Virus record (IMG/VR): IMGVR_UViG_3300027986_000020
Location: 1-37,925 of that record
From: a virus
Taxonomy: Duplodnaviria > Caudoviricetes
Direction: 5' to 3' (one strand)
Length of the DNA: 37,925 nt
Positions 10,905-22,963 of the stretch are shown here, piece by piece. Position 1 is the stretch's first letter. Each line of letters starts with the position of its first letter. A model generated the notes under the pieces. It was not told the origin of the DNA. It ran no database searches and was given only the letters and a program-made list of their open reading frames with translations. Both the position numbers and the translations under genes were made by a program.

Positions 10905-12668
10905 ATGAAACAAGATATTATTTTAGGCGCAGCGGTTGATGATTCGACCGGTGATTATATTCGTCAGGGTGGGTTGAAGATCAACTCCAACTTTGATGAA
11001 GCATATGCCGCATTAGGGGATGGAACCGAGTTCCATCCTGCCGGTGCTTTCCAAACGTGGTCGCTTAGTAACGGATCGGATTTGACTCCAGATTTTGGTG
11101 AAGCATATAACATTAACACATTGGCTGGTGTGATTGAAGTTACACTGCCAAAGGGTTCCCCCGCAGAATATGGTCGTGTTATCAAACTACGCGACGTACA
11201 TGCATCATGGGGCACCAATGATTGTATTGTCCAACCTACGTCTGGTGATTCAATCGGTGGTTCTACTAACCCGGTTGACTTTGCTACAGATTTCTTAGAT
11301 TTGACATTCGTTTATACATCCCCATCGACATGGAGATATATCTACGGGGTTAAATTGGATTCTCTTCCGGTTCTTCCGGGTGCGGGGGTTGTGGTACAAA
11401 CGTTTAGAGTTACACCTACTCAATATGCGGATGGATTCTTCACAAATATCAGTCCGGCTGGATATGATGCAAGTTCCGTTCAGGTTTATCGAAATGGTGC
11501 GTTGCTTACATATGATTCGAATATTGCTAATACCGACTACGGTTCTCGGAATGGTACTGCAATTACTCAATTGAATGGTGTTGACATTTATGTCCCATAT
11601 GTAATTTCTGGTGATGTAATTACAATCATCAGCTACTCAAGAAGTGTAGAAAGTAGTCCAGTATCATATGTTAGATATGACTGTCAGATGATTTCTGCTG
11701 GTAATCCACAAGTTGCTGTCTCCGGTCAATCCGCGAAGATTAAAACCGGTGGTATGTACAGCTTAACGGATTTTGGGTTACCAACCGATGAACAAGTAAA
11801 CCCCGCTGCATGTCAGGTATTGGTTAATGGTACGGTATTGGTGCAGGCTGGTAAAGCACTGTTGAGTTCCGCTGGGCATGAAGATTATGCCATTGGTGCC
11901 GATAGCTTAGGTCGATGGAATCAGTTAAGTATTAGCCCAGATTTGAATGATGGTGACATTGTTACGATCATCTATTTCAACAATGAAATTGGATCAATTT
12001 TGGGGTGGGATACAATTGGTGGTATTCAATCTAGAGTGGCTGCGCAATTCTTAGATACTTCGTTCATATTCAATAGATCGAACAAGATCCGGTATACCGA
12101 TCCAACTAATCCATCTGCGGTTACAACCGCCGTTGTTGCGGGAACTGAAACTAATATCAGGTTTGCAAACGTTATTCAGTTGCTTGAATCGATTTATCCA
12201 ATCGGCTCTCTATACATGAATGCAAACAACCCGGCAAACCCGTCCCTATATATGGGGTTTGGTACATGGGCGAGATATGCCACCGGACGTACCATATTTG
12301 GGTTTACTGATGCGTTGGATAGTACCAACAGTCCAGATCCATTGTTTGGGGTAAACCCGGATATCTTAGATGACTATGGCAATCCTGCAAAAATTGCTGG
12401 TAATAGAATTGGTGCTAGGCAAGTACAACTGGGTGTACAACACATCCCAGAATTAGTATCAGATCGTCAGTACATGCGGGAAGCATTGTCCGGGACCGGT
12501 GAAATAAATCTAACCGGGTGTCTACCAGACCCTAGCGTAACTTTAGCATCTTTAGCTACATATGAATTGGCAACGGTTAATATCAACGGCACGACAGGTC
12601 AATCTGCGTCAGACTTTGCTATTATCCCACCGGCAATTACAACCTATATTTGGGTGAGAACTGCATAA
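10905..12668 (+). CDS. gp10: Baseplate wedge subunit / tail pin gp10
   Basis: MKQDIILG.AVDDSTGDYIRQGG.KIN.NFDE, IYPIGSLYMNANNPANP..YMGFGTW, C-terminal TYIWVRTA. Confidence 0.95.
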   Translation: MKQDIILGAAVDDSTGDYIRQGGLKINSNFDEAYAALGDGTEFHPAGAFQTWSLSNGSDLTPDFGEAYNINTLAGVIEVTLPKGSPAEYGRVIKLRDVHASWGTNDCIVQPTSGDSIGGSTNPVDFATDFLDLTFVYTSPSTWRYIYGVKLDSLPVLPGAGVVVQTFRVTPTQYADGFFTNISPAGYDASSVQVYRNGALLTYDSNIANTDYGSRNGTAITQLNGVDIYVPYVISGDVITIISYSRSVESSPVSYVRYDCQMISAGNPQVAVSGQSAKIKTGGMYSLTDFGLPTDEQVNPAACQVLVNGTVLVQAGKALLSSAGHEDYAIGADSLGRWNQLSISPDLNDGDIVTIIYFNNEIGSILGWDTIGGIQSRVAAQFLDTSFIFNRSNKIRYTDPTNPSAVTTAVVAGTETNIRFANVIQLLESIYPIGSLYMNANNPANPSLYMGFGTWARYATGRTIFGFTDALDSTNSPDPLFGVNPDILDDYGNPAKIAGNRIGARQVQLGVQHIPELVSDRQYMREALSGTGEINLTGCLPDPSVTLASLATYELATVNINGTTGQSASDFAIIPPAITTYIWVRTA

Positions 12669-13273
12669 TGAGTATTAATAGACAGGCAGCATCAATTACA
12701 ACCAATGATGCGGCTGATATCACATATGATCAAACATTATTCCCGCAAATTGGGTCGGCTTCTGCCGCCCAACAAGCGTTGGGTATTGATGGGCCGAATG
12801 TTCAGGCAGCACTAGATCAAATTTACGATAGCACTACCGTACAACCCGGTGCTATTGTTGTAACATTAAGTGCATTGAATCCGAATACCGCACCTACAGT
12901 AAGTTATTCGCAGGTAAGTAAGGTCACCGTTACTGGAACCCCGGTAGCTGGAACTTTAATGATCGCTGGATATCAAGTTGCGATTTTGGCGACTGATACC
13001 ACAACACAAATTGCAACAAAAATCAGTACAGCGTTGGCCGCAAATACAACAGTGTTTTCATCTGTCGTTGCATCGACCAATACCGTAACATATTCCTATA
13101 TTGATAATCATGACCACCAAGTTGACAATAAAGTTCAGCTAGGTCTGACTATCGCGACCACTACCACCACATACGGTGGGACTCCGGGGTATCTTGGATA
13201 TGGTTGGTGGGAGCTTCTGGGGTCTGAAGCTAAATACGGTAAGACCTTCTATAGCTGGTTGCGAATCTCATAA
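12668..13273 (+). CDS. gp11: Baseplate wedge subunit / tail pin gp11
   Basis: TAATG overlap with gp10; PNVQAALDQI; C-terminal GYG.WELLGSE; synteny. Confidence 0.85.
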   Translation: MSINRQAASITTNDAADITYDQTLFPQIGSASAAQQALGIDGPNVQAALDQIYDSTTVQPGAIVVTLSALNPNTAPTVSYSQVSKVTVTGTPVAGTLMIAGYQVAILATDTTTQIATKISTALAANTTVFSSVVASTNTVTYSYIDNHDHQVDNKVQLGLTIATTTTTYGGTPGYLGYGWWELLGSEAKYGKTFYSWLRIS

Positions 13274-13281
13274 GGTGAGTT

Positions 13282-13803
13282 ATGACAAACACATTTACAT
13301 ACGCTAAGGCGGTTTCGGAATCATTTACGGCACCTAAAGTCGGATTTGACCCAACCACCGGCCCAGCGGTGGCGAAAGGATTTACTTCTACAAACGTGCA
13401 GGATGCGATTGTAGAGTCGAAATACATCCCGGTATATGCTAGCCAGACCATACCGGGGATCGTGCGTAACGCGACGGATACAGAGTCCCTATGGGAAGCT
13501 GTAGTTAATGCTTACGTTACACCTAACCAGATGGCCGCAAAGATCCACAATTTTTGGACAAGTGTAATTCAACCGGCAATCCCACCGGCTGTAACCTTAC
13601 CGACATTTACATATGGTGGTAGTGGTTCTATGGCTGGGATGGCATCAACATACACTGGTCTTCCTGTCGGCTCATTTGTTGTATTTGAAGAATACTACAC
13701 CTATGTAGTTGGATGGGGTAATGGTAGTTCAACTGTCGGCGCATACCGCCGTAGAACAATGGTTCTAACAAATAATGCCGGATGGCAGATGGTGATTCAA
13801 TGA
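13282..13803 (+). CDS. gp12: Very short gp12-like (short tail fibre) protein, 173 aa
   Basis: The N-terminus resembles T4 gp12 (FDPT...TNVQDAI...AS.T.PGIV..AT..E...VTP). It has a single repeat, a Pro-rich linker and a roughly 60-aa unrelated C-terminal domain. Confidence 0.7.
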   Translation: MTNTFTYAKAVSESFTAPKVGFDPTTGPAVAKGFTSTNVQDAIVESKYIPVYASQTIPGIVRNATDTESLWEAVVNAYVTPNQMAAKIHNFWTSVIQPAIPPAVTLPTFTYGGSGSMAGMASTYTGLPVGSFVVFEEYYTYVVGWGNGSSTVGAYRRRTMVLTNNAGWQMVIQ

Positions 13804-14390
13804 TTAATACTTCGGTTCAATCTGTTTCTGATTTGATGCAACAGATTGATGCTGTTATCCCAACTGGGAAACAGGCAATGCTTGCTAAGTTCAACGCATA
13901 TTCCGGTGCATTTATTACCTGTCAAGGTGTGGTTCCACTAGAATATCTGAATACCAAAAATTTCACTTTTATTGAAATTCAGATTGACCCGGTGACCCAA
14001 AAAGTTGTTGGCACCAAGGATAGTTTCACTATTGTTGATATCGCAACATCCAAGACTAAAATCTACGAGACGCAAGTAAACACGTTGTGTCGGGAAAAAA
14101 TTTACAAAAGATTTCATCTTGAAGTTCAGTTGGATATTATCCGTCAAGCGGTTGCTGAACTATTGCAGAAGGTTGGTCTTGAGGATGAAGCTTTGTTTGA
14201 TATGAACGATTACATCGATGATGTTAAACGCGCAAACAAGGTTTTGAAACAATCCTATATCAGCAATCCAGATTTTGAGTTCATTACCATTGAAGCTGAA
14301 CAAGCTGAACAAGATGCTCAGTTGGATGGTGGATTACATGAATTGATGGGGCCAGCCAACCTTGTTAGTCAAGGATTGACGGCAAAATAA
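13800..14390 (+). CDS. Hypothetical protein coupled to gp12 (possible fibre chaperone/adaptor)
   Basis: ATGA overlap with the gp12-like stop; 196 aa; no recognised motif. Confidence 0.65.
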   Translation: MINTSVQSVSDLMQQIDAVIPTGKQAMLAKFNAYSGAFITCQGVVPLEYLNTKNFTFIEIQIDPVTQKVVGTKDSFTIVDIATSKTKIYETQVNTLCREKIYKRFHLEVQLDIIRQAVAELLQKVGLEDEALFDMNDYIDDVKRANKVLKQSYISNPDFEFITIEAEQAEQDAQLDGGLHELMGPANLVSQGLTAK

Positions 14391-14884
14391 TGGCACTTCA
14401 ACTAATTGAATGTCCACATTTTACGCAACGATTTTGCAGAGAACTTGTGAGCGAACTTGATGAATTTGATGCAAACAGATTCACAGATCGCTCTAAAGGA
14501 ACAACTCTGTTCCGCACCATTGAACGAGTGCCAGCCAAATATCGATCTATGATCAATTTGGATATCCCGAAGTCAATTCGTGAAAAATTGATCAAGGCCG
14601 CGCCCAAATGTGGAAGCTTCCTAGAAGAAGTGATTGTAAATATGTATGAACCGGGTGATTTTATCCCGATGCATATTGATTCACATCACTACTTGAGTTT
14701 CTGTGTTGTTCCATTAGTGGAAGATGGTGATGGATTCTCTGCGTATTTTGATGGTCCAGATGGCGATGAAACCTTCTATCCAGACACTATCGGAACTGGT
14801 ATCCATGTCACCGGCAATAAGTTGGTACATGCTGTCAGACCGGTATCCTATAAACGTTATATAGCGTTGTATCTTTACCTATGA
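14390..14884 (+). CDS. 2OG-Fe(II) dioxygenase (AlkB/P4H-like double-stranded beta-helix fold)
   Basis: VNMYEPGDFIPMHID (HxD), distal H in LVHAV and R in YKRY. The metal and 2OG ligand set is complete. Confidence 0.85.
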   Translation: MALQLIECPHFTQRFCRELVSELDEFDANRFTDRSKGTTLFRTIERVPAKYRSMINLDIPKSIREKLIKAAPKCGSFLEEVIVNMYEPGDFIPMHIDSHHYLSFCVVPLVEDGDGFSAYFDGPDGDETFYPDTIGTGIHVTGNKLVHAVRPVSYKRYIALYLYL

Positions 14885-15357
14885 GCATCCATATTAAAAG
14901 AAAACATCTAACCAAGAAAGCTGTGAAGTTGTTAACCTCAATTTCCGATAATGCTACTTGGGATGTATCGACATCCATTCGTCGTAGAATGGGTGCAAAT
15001 GGGATGGATAACCCTTCTATGTATAAAACTTGGAAGTGGTATAAAATCCCTCGCCCTGATAAAGCGAATATCATTGATCAAACACCGAGTGGGATTTGGG
15101 ATAAAACGTTCCTATTCTTCTTCAGGAAATATGATAAGGATGTTGGTCTGTTGGACACTATGACCAACTGGGTTGGCACTAAGAATACCGCAAGCTTCTT
15201 TTGCGTATCACTTGGTGTAAATCAACAAATTATCATTGATGGTGAATTGTTCATGTTGGAACCGGGCGATTCTATCAAATTCAACATTACCCATGAACAT
15301 CTAGTCCCAAAAGTTAAGGAAGACAACCTCTGGGCAATCTGGATGACAGTGGAATAA
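14881..15357 (+). CDS. Cupin/dioxygenase-like protein lacking HxD
   Basis: FCVSL...IIIDGELFMLEPGDSIKFNITHEHLV matches the C-terminal strands of the fold. ATGA overlap with the previous gene. Confidence 0.55.
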   Translation: MSIHIKRKHLTKKAVKLLTSISDNATWDVSTSIRRRMGANGMDNPSMYKTWKWYKIPRPDKANIIDQTPSGIWDKTFLFFFRKYDKDVGLLDTMTNWVGTKNTASFFCVSLGVNQQIIIDGELFMLEPGDSIKFNITHEHLVPKVKEDNLWAIWMTVE

Positions 15358-15359
15358 AT

Positions 15360-15384
15360 AAAAGGGGCCAATTGGCCCCTTTTT
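15360..15384 (+). terminator. Intrinsic terminator (same palindrome as 3769)
   Basis: AAAAGGGGCCAATTGGCCCCTTTTT. Confidence 0.85.
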
Positions 15385-15389
15385 CCGTT

Positions 15390-15397
15390 TATAAATA
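15390..15397 (+). promoter_or_regulatory. T4-type late promoter
   Basis: TATAAATA upstream of gp13. Confidence 0.85.
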
Positions 15398-15420
15398 CTT
15401 GTATCAATTGGGGATATAAA

Positions 15421-16350
15421 ATGGCAACAGCTACAAATCCTACTCAACTTAAAAATATCATTCTTTCCAGACTAGGCGCCCCGGTTAATACAATTAACGT
15501 AACCGAGCCCCAGTTATTTGAAGCAATCGATAGAGCGGTAGATATCTATGTTGACTATCACTATGATGGTGTTAACAAGATGTATGTGATCAAAACTATT
15601 ACAGATGACGATGTTGCGGCTGGTTAATCCAACTCGATGTTCAAACTACAAGCCGTGTCAAGAGTATATCGAAACACAATGTCTGTCGGTGGAGCATGGT
15701 CCGATGGTTCGGTATTTGATGCCGGATGGCAATCAGGTGCGGATTTGATCAAAATGATGTCCGGCTCACTAGGAGCATCTAGCCAAGGTGGTGGGATGTT
15801 CAGCGGCGGTGGATATGGTCTTGCACTATATGATGCATTCCAACAGAACTTAGAACTTATTCAACGATTTTTCACACCTGACCTTAATTTTTGGTTTAAT
15901 ACCGACTCTGGTAAACTGAAAATTCTCAGTGAAGGTAATTTAGGTGTGGGTCAAATCGTAATCATCGAATGCTATGTGGCATCCGGTGTGTATGTAGACC
16001 AGTCATATATTTCGCAACCGGATGCCGCTTCCGGGTTATTTGTCACCAATGCGGATCAGAACTACCACAACCCGTATGCTTATACCATTGGTGGCACATC
16101 AGCCGATCCAACACAATCTGCAACATTTATGAATCAATCGATTTATAACAACCGCTGGTTGAAAGAAATGGCAACAGCTTATACCAAACTGCAATGGGGT
16201 ACGAATATGAAGAAATTCAACGGCCAACCATTGCCGGGTGGTATTACTGTTAATGGTCAGGCGATTTACGATGAAGCTCAGGCTGAAATTGCCGAACTTC
16301 GCAAAGAGCTTCTGTTACTGCAAGAACCTCTACCGTTCTATATGGAGTAA
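15421..16350 (+). CDS. gp13: Neck protein gp13, interrupted by an in-frame TAA at 15625-15627
   Basis: NP.QLK..IL.RLGAP..., YHYDGVNK; YNNRWLKE.ATA.TK.QWG.N.KKF.G..LPGGITVNG. Both halves are in the same frame and total 309 codons. Confidence 0.9.
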
Positions 16351-16353
16351 TTC

Positions 16354-17097
16354 ATGTCTTTATGGAATACAAACACTTGGGCATCAATTGAAACTGATGA
16401 CCCAAGATCGTTGGATAATATTCGCAACCCATATTTCAATCATAATTCTGTCGTATCCGAATCGAGTTTATTGAATGATCTGGTGTCCGAATCTATTCAG
16501 ATGTCTGGATTAGAATTCTGGTACATCAAAAGAGAACTTCCAAATCTAGATCGTATTTTTGGTGAAGATTCTACCAACAAGTTTACTGATTATTACAAAG
16601 TCAATATGTATCTACAGTCGTACAACGGTTGGCAGGGACAGCAAGACTTCTATTCGAAGTTTGGTATTTCTGTTAGCGATGAAGTTGATTTGATTGTTCA
16701 ACCTGATATGTTTGCACACCAAACTAATGGGATGATTCCAAGACCCGGTGATCTTGTTATGTGGGATCGTCGAGCGGCGTCGGGAAGACCAGCATTATTT
16801 GAAATCATTTGGGTAGAACAGGATGATCCATTCCACCCTAACGGTACGTTACCATTCCGTCGAATTACCGCCCAGAAATTTGCGTATAGCCGAGAAGATA
16901 TGCCACTTATTAACCAATCTATCATCCCAGACCCTAACGGTACTGATATCCCTGCGGATATTCTGGATGAACTGATCCAAATGAGTAGTCATGGTGACAT
17001 TGATAGACCAGATTTTGCGGAATCTGATCAAATCCAATCGGAAGGTAGTGTATTAACAGTATTTGATGAAAACGATCCATTTGGAGCTAGTTACTAA
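16354..17097 (+). CDS. gp14: Neck protein gp14
   Basis: NPYFN, LVSESIQM.G.E.WYIKRE, IFGED..NKF, FYSKFG, LFEI.WVE..DPF. Confidence 0.95.
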   Translation: MSLWNTNTWASIETDDPRSLDNIRNPYFNHNSVVSESSLLNDLVSESIQMSGLEFWYIKRELPNLDRIFGEDSTNKFTDYYKVNMYLQSYNGWQGQQDFYSKFGISVSDEVDLIVQPDMFAHQTNGMIPRPGDLVMWDRRAASGRPALFEIIWVEQDDPFHPNGTLPFRRITAQKFAYSREDMPLINQSIIPDPNGTDIPADILDELIQMSSHGDIDRPDFAESDQIQSEGSVLTVFDENDPFGASY

Positions 17098-17877
17098 TGA
17101 TTAATGATATCCACCAATACAACAAGTCAGTACGGAATTATGTCGTACTGATGGGTACGTTGTTCAACAAAGTTACTATCCTCCGACCCGATAAAACAGA
17201 TCCGATGGTTGTTCCTATCACATATCAATCGAAAGAAAAATTCGTAGCATATTTGCAGAACATGAACCAAAATACTGCCGGGGTATCCAATTTCCCAGAC
17301 CTCCAAACAATCTTACCGCGCATGAGCTTTTTCATGCGCAAGTTGTATTACGATAAATCTCGGAAAGTTAACACCCTGCAATATTCAATGAATATTGTAG
17401 AACAGAATGGGTTGAAGGTTCATCAGAAACAGTTGGCCCCGGTCCCATACAATTTTGAGTTTGAAGTCTGCGTATATACAAGATATGAAGATGATATGTT
17501 GCAGATCATTGAACAGATTTTGCCATACTTCCAACCACATTTTAACGCCAAGATAAAGGAATTTTCCTTAGCCGGTGTTGTGGATAGGGACATTTACATC
17601 AATCTGACGGACTGTGAACCAGAAGAAGAAATGATCGGATTGATGGCAGATGATCGTCGCCATGTTATTTGGAATTTGACATTCGAGCTTTATGGATATC
17701 TGTACCCACAAATTCAATCTGCCAATATTATCAAGAAAACTATTGTCAATTTTGTTGGTAATGTAGAAGACCTATTAGATGATGCTGCTGCAATCTATCG
17801 GGTAACTAATGAAGTTATCCCAGAATCTGCTGATATTACCGATCCATACATAATTCAAACTACGGAAGTGTATCCGA

Positions 17878-17885
<8 letters not shown>
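17097..17885 (+). CDS. gp15: Tail sheath stabiliser/terminator gp15
   Basis: YN.SVR.YVVLMG.LF, VPITY.SKEKF, TILPRM, TRYEDDM.QIIEQILPYFQPHF. Confidence 0.95.
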
Positions 17886-20119
<2,234 letters not shown>

Positions 20120-20153
20120 CTCATCCAAACCTTAAATCGCAGAGACTAAGAAA

Positions 20154-20495
20154 ATGAGCACTGAAAACACTCAAACCTTTCTTTGGGACAAATTGATTTT
20201 ACCTGTGATTATTTTGGTGTTGGCCTTTATGGGTACGTGGGTATTTTCTATTAACGCAGATGTAGCGGTTATCAAAAAGTCTATGACTGCGGTTGACACA
20301 TTAGTGACAGATCAGCGATCAGCCGACCGAATGATGATTTTACTAGAAGCCCAAACCAAAGCAAATACTGACCTCGTTAACGAAATGAAAACTAGTCAAC
20401 GAGAACTTACCGACGCTGTTAACGAAATGAAACTGGCACTTGCCAAGTGCTGTTCCAAATCGGATAACTTTTCATTATACGGGCGCGGAAAATGA
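20154..20495 (+). CDS. Single-TM coiled-coil membrane protein (lysis-associated?)
   Basis: Hydrophobic LILPVIILVLAFMGTWVF followed by a heptad-like region and a CC motif. Confidence 0.65.
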   Translation: MSTENTQTFLWDKLILPVIILVLAFMGTWVFSINADVAVIKKSMTAVDTLVTDQRSADRMMILLEAQTKANTDLVNEMKTSQRELTDAVNEMKLALAKCCSKSDNFSLYGRGK

Positions 20496-20833
20496 ATTGG
20501 ATATTAACGCTATTGCGGCTATTGCAGGCAGATAAAATGAGTACAGAGAACGAAACGCCGGATGCGGGTACACCATGTACTCCACCAGAACCCAATGATC
20601 CAACTCAAAAATTCGGATTGATAGATGATTTACTATTTCTTCTATTTCTAATCCCAATGATTGGGGTGTTCATCCCACAATTACGTGACAATATCAAAGC
20701 AGGATTCGATATTCTCGATACCCTACCAAACTGGTTTACGTTTGTTATTGTTCTAGGTGTGGTGTGTATTTTCGGGTTGAGAAAACAACTTACCGATATT
20801 TTAACTAATTTTACAAGTTTCGGTAAAAAATAA
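20492..20833 (+). CDS. Putative holin-like protein (2 TM)
   Basis: DDLLFLLFLIPMIGVFIP...GF..L.TLP.WF..VIVLGVVCIFGLRK, ending in FGKK. Alternative start at 20537. Confidence 0.55.
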   Translation: MNWILTLLRLLQADKMSTENETPDAGTPCTPPEPNDPTQKFGLIDDLLFLLFLIPMIGVFIPQLRDNIKAGFDILDTLPNWFTFVIVLGVVCIFGLRKQLTDILTNFTSFGKK

Positions 20834-20854
20834 GAGAAACCTAGTTTTCTCTTG

Positions 20855-20862
20855 CATAAATA
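20855..20862 (+). promoter_or_regulatory. Late promoter variant CATAAATA, preceded by a hairpin at 20832-20853
   Basis: One mismatch to consensus; upstream of gp18. Confidence 0.6.
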
Positions 20863-20920
20863 GAATTAGATAATTGGATTATGTCCAAGAACTTTTTGAC
20901 AATTTGAGGAAACAATTGAG

Positions 20921-22900
20921 ATGACATTGCTATCTCCGGGCATTGAGATTAAAGAAATTGATCTCAGTACCACAATCGCAAACGCGGCCACAGGCCGTGG
21001 TGCGACAGTAGGTAAAGCGCAGTGGGGTCCGGCGTTCCAGATCAGTCAGTATGTTGACGAACCAGATGTGGTTCGTCGTGCTGGTCAGCCAAACGACTAC
21101 ACCGCAGCAACCTTTTTCAGTATGGTAAACTTCCTACGCTATGCAAACGATCTACGTTTTGTACGTGTAGTAAATGCTGCTACTGCTAAAAATTCTACAG
21201 CACTTTACAATGCCGTTATCGCAACGATTAGTTCTAGCGGTACTGGATATGTACAGGGTGCTACATACAATGTAACCGTTAACTCAGGTGCAACCGTAAT
21301 TTCGACCGCAACCGTAATGGCTGTATCGGCGATTGGTGAATTGCAACTGCTTCGTATCAATTCTACTGGTGTATTGAATGCAATTGCCAATGGACTAACT
21401 ACCGCTCAATTGGGTGGTGTAGAAGTTCGTATGACAGGTGGTGCAGGTACTGGCGCTATCGTAACAGTTTCGTTGCTGCAAGATTCTGGTGCATATATGC
21501 CAAACGATGCTGCGTTGCATACTGCATTTACATCGAACACTGTTACTCAACTGATTAATAACCAGATCCCTAGTATTATCGCTAAGTATCCGGGTTCGTA
21601 TGGTGATAGAATTAGCGTTGATGTAATCAACTACGCAGACTACACAGCTAATACTGGTAACATGGCGGTATTCCCTACCGGTGTGAACAAATCTATCAAG
21701 TCGATTGCTAATATGTTCGAATATGGCCCACAAAACAGTAACCAATACGGTATTGTGGTATACTTTGATGGTGTGGCAGTTGAGACTTTTGTAATCTCGA
21801 CATTAGCTGGTGATAAAGACGTTTATGGATCAAACATCTATCTGGATGAATTCTTCGCAAACGGACCTAGCCAGTATATCCACGCTACATCAGATTCTTG
21901 GTTATCCCCTACACTTGGTGGTTCTATCGGGCTTGTATTTGCCGGTGGTAAAGATTCGAACGTTGCTGCTGGTGATTACTTGACTGGATGGGATCTGTTT
22001 GGTGATAAAGAGGTCATCTTTGTTAACTTGCTGATCGGTGGGGCTGCCTCGGATGAATCTCTGGCTGATGCTTCTACCATTCTTAGATACCTAGCGGATC
22101 TAGCTACTACTCGTGCGGATTGTCTTGCGCTTATTTCACCACCGCGTGATCTAGTTGTTAACCAATCTACCGTAAACGCAGTAGCCAGTATCGTTGCTTG
22201 GCGTAATGGTGTGGATGAGTCTGGTAGTGAAGTTCCAAATAACCTGAACGTTAACACAAGCTTTGTATCAATTGACGGGAACTACAAGTTCCAGTATGAC
22301 AAGTACAACGATAAAAACCGCTGGGTTCCGCTCTCAGGTGACATCGCTGGGCTTTGTGCATATACCGATCAAGTGGCGCAAGCATGGTATTCGCCTGCCG
22401 GTCTGACCCGTGGTCAAATCAAGTCTGTTGTAAAATTGGCAATCGCACCGAAACAAGCACATCGCGATAGTCTGTATGAAGCACAGATCAACCCTGTAAT
22501 CAGTGTCGAAGGTGAAGGCACTTTCATGTACGGCGATAAGACAGCTATGAGTGCTCCATCGGCATTCAGTCGCATCAACGTGCGTCGTTTGTTCAACCTG
22601 CTTGAAAAAGCTATTTCCGATGCATCGAAGTACAGACTATTCGAAATCAATGATGCGTTTACGCAGAATTCGTTCCGTACTGAAGTCAATGCTTACCTAG
22701 AGGGTATTCGTGCCCAACGCGGTATCTATGACTACTATGTTGAATGTTCGGATCGGAACAACACCGCCGATGTAGTTGACAACAACGAATTCCGTGCAGC
22801 GATCATGATCAAACCAGCTAGATCGATCAACTACGTTACTCTATCGTTTGTTGCTACTCGTTCTGACGCAAACTTCCAAGAACTATTGGGTTCTATCTAA
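20921..22900 (+). CDS. gp18: Tail sheath protein gp18
   Basis: MTLLSPGIE.KE, YDKYNDKNRWVPL.GDIAGLCA, F.RINVRRLFN; 659 aa. Confidence 0.98.
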   Translation: MTLLSPGIEIKEIDLSTTIANAATGRGATVGKAQWGPAFQISQYVDEPDVVRRAGQPNDYTAATFFSMVNFLRYANDLRFVRVVNAATAKNSTALYNAVIATISSSGTGYVQGATYNVTVNSGATVISTATVMAVSAIGELQLLRINSTGVLNAIANGLTTAQLGGVEVRMTGGAGTGAIVTVSLLQDSGAYMPNDAALHTAFTSNTVTQLINNQIPSIIAKYPGSYGDRISVDVINYADYTANTGNMAVFPTGVNKSIKSIANMFEYGPQNSNQYGIVVYFDGVAVETFVISTLAGDKDVYGSNIYLDEFFANGPSQYIHATSDSWLSPTLGGSIGLVFAGGKDSNVAAGDYLTGWDLFGDKEVIFVNLLIGGAASDESLADASTILRYLADLATTRADCLALISPPRDLVVNQSTVNAVASIVAWRNGVDESGSEVPNNLNVNTSFVSIDGNYKFQYDKYNDKNRWVPLSGDIAGLCAYTDQVAQAWYSPAGLTRGQIKSVVKLAIAPKQAHRDSLYEAQINPVISVEGEGTFMYGDKTAMSAPSAFSRINVRRLFNLLEKAISDASKYRLFEINDAFTQNSFRTEVNAYLEGIRAQRGIYDYYVECSDRNNTADVVDNNEFRAAIMIKPARSINYVTLSFVATRSDANFQELLGSI

Positions 22901-22916
22901 TAGTTAATCGCTAATT

Positions 22917-22938
22917 GAAGGGGTTGAAAAACCCCTTC
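22917..22938 (+). promoter_or_regulatory. GAAA-tetraloop hairpin between gp18 and gp19
   Basis: GAAGGGGTT-GAAA-AACCCCTTC, with no clear U-tract. Confidence 0.6.
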
Positions 22939-22963
22939 TAAATAAACATAGGAAACAAACACA

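Noticed and set aside
15625-15627. Genome-wide stop-codon reassignment
   Set aside because: TAA is the normal terminator of most genes here, and only one internal stop is seen.
15622-15690. T4 gene-60-style ribosomal bypass in gp13 (GGT-TAA take-off, in-frame GGT at 15688)
   Set aside because: The hop would delete the AVSRV segment that matches gp13 homologs, and no take-off hairpin is evident. Compensating indels explain the site better.
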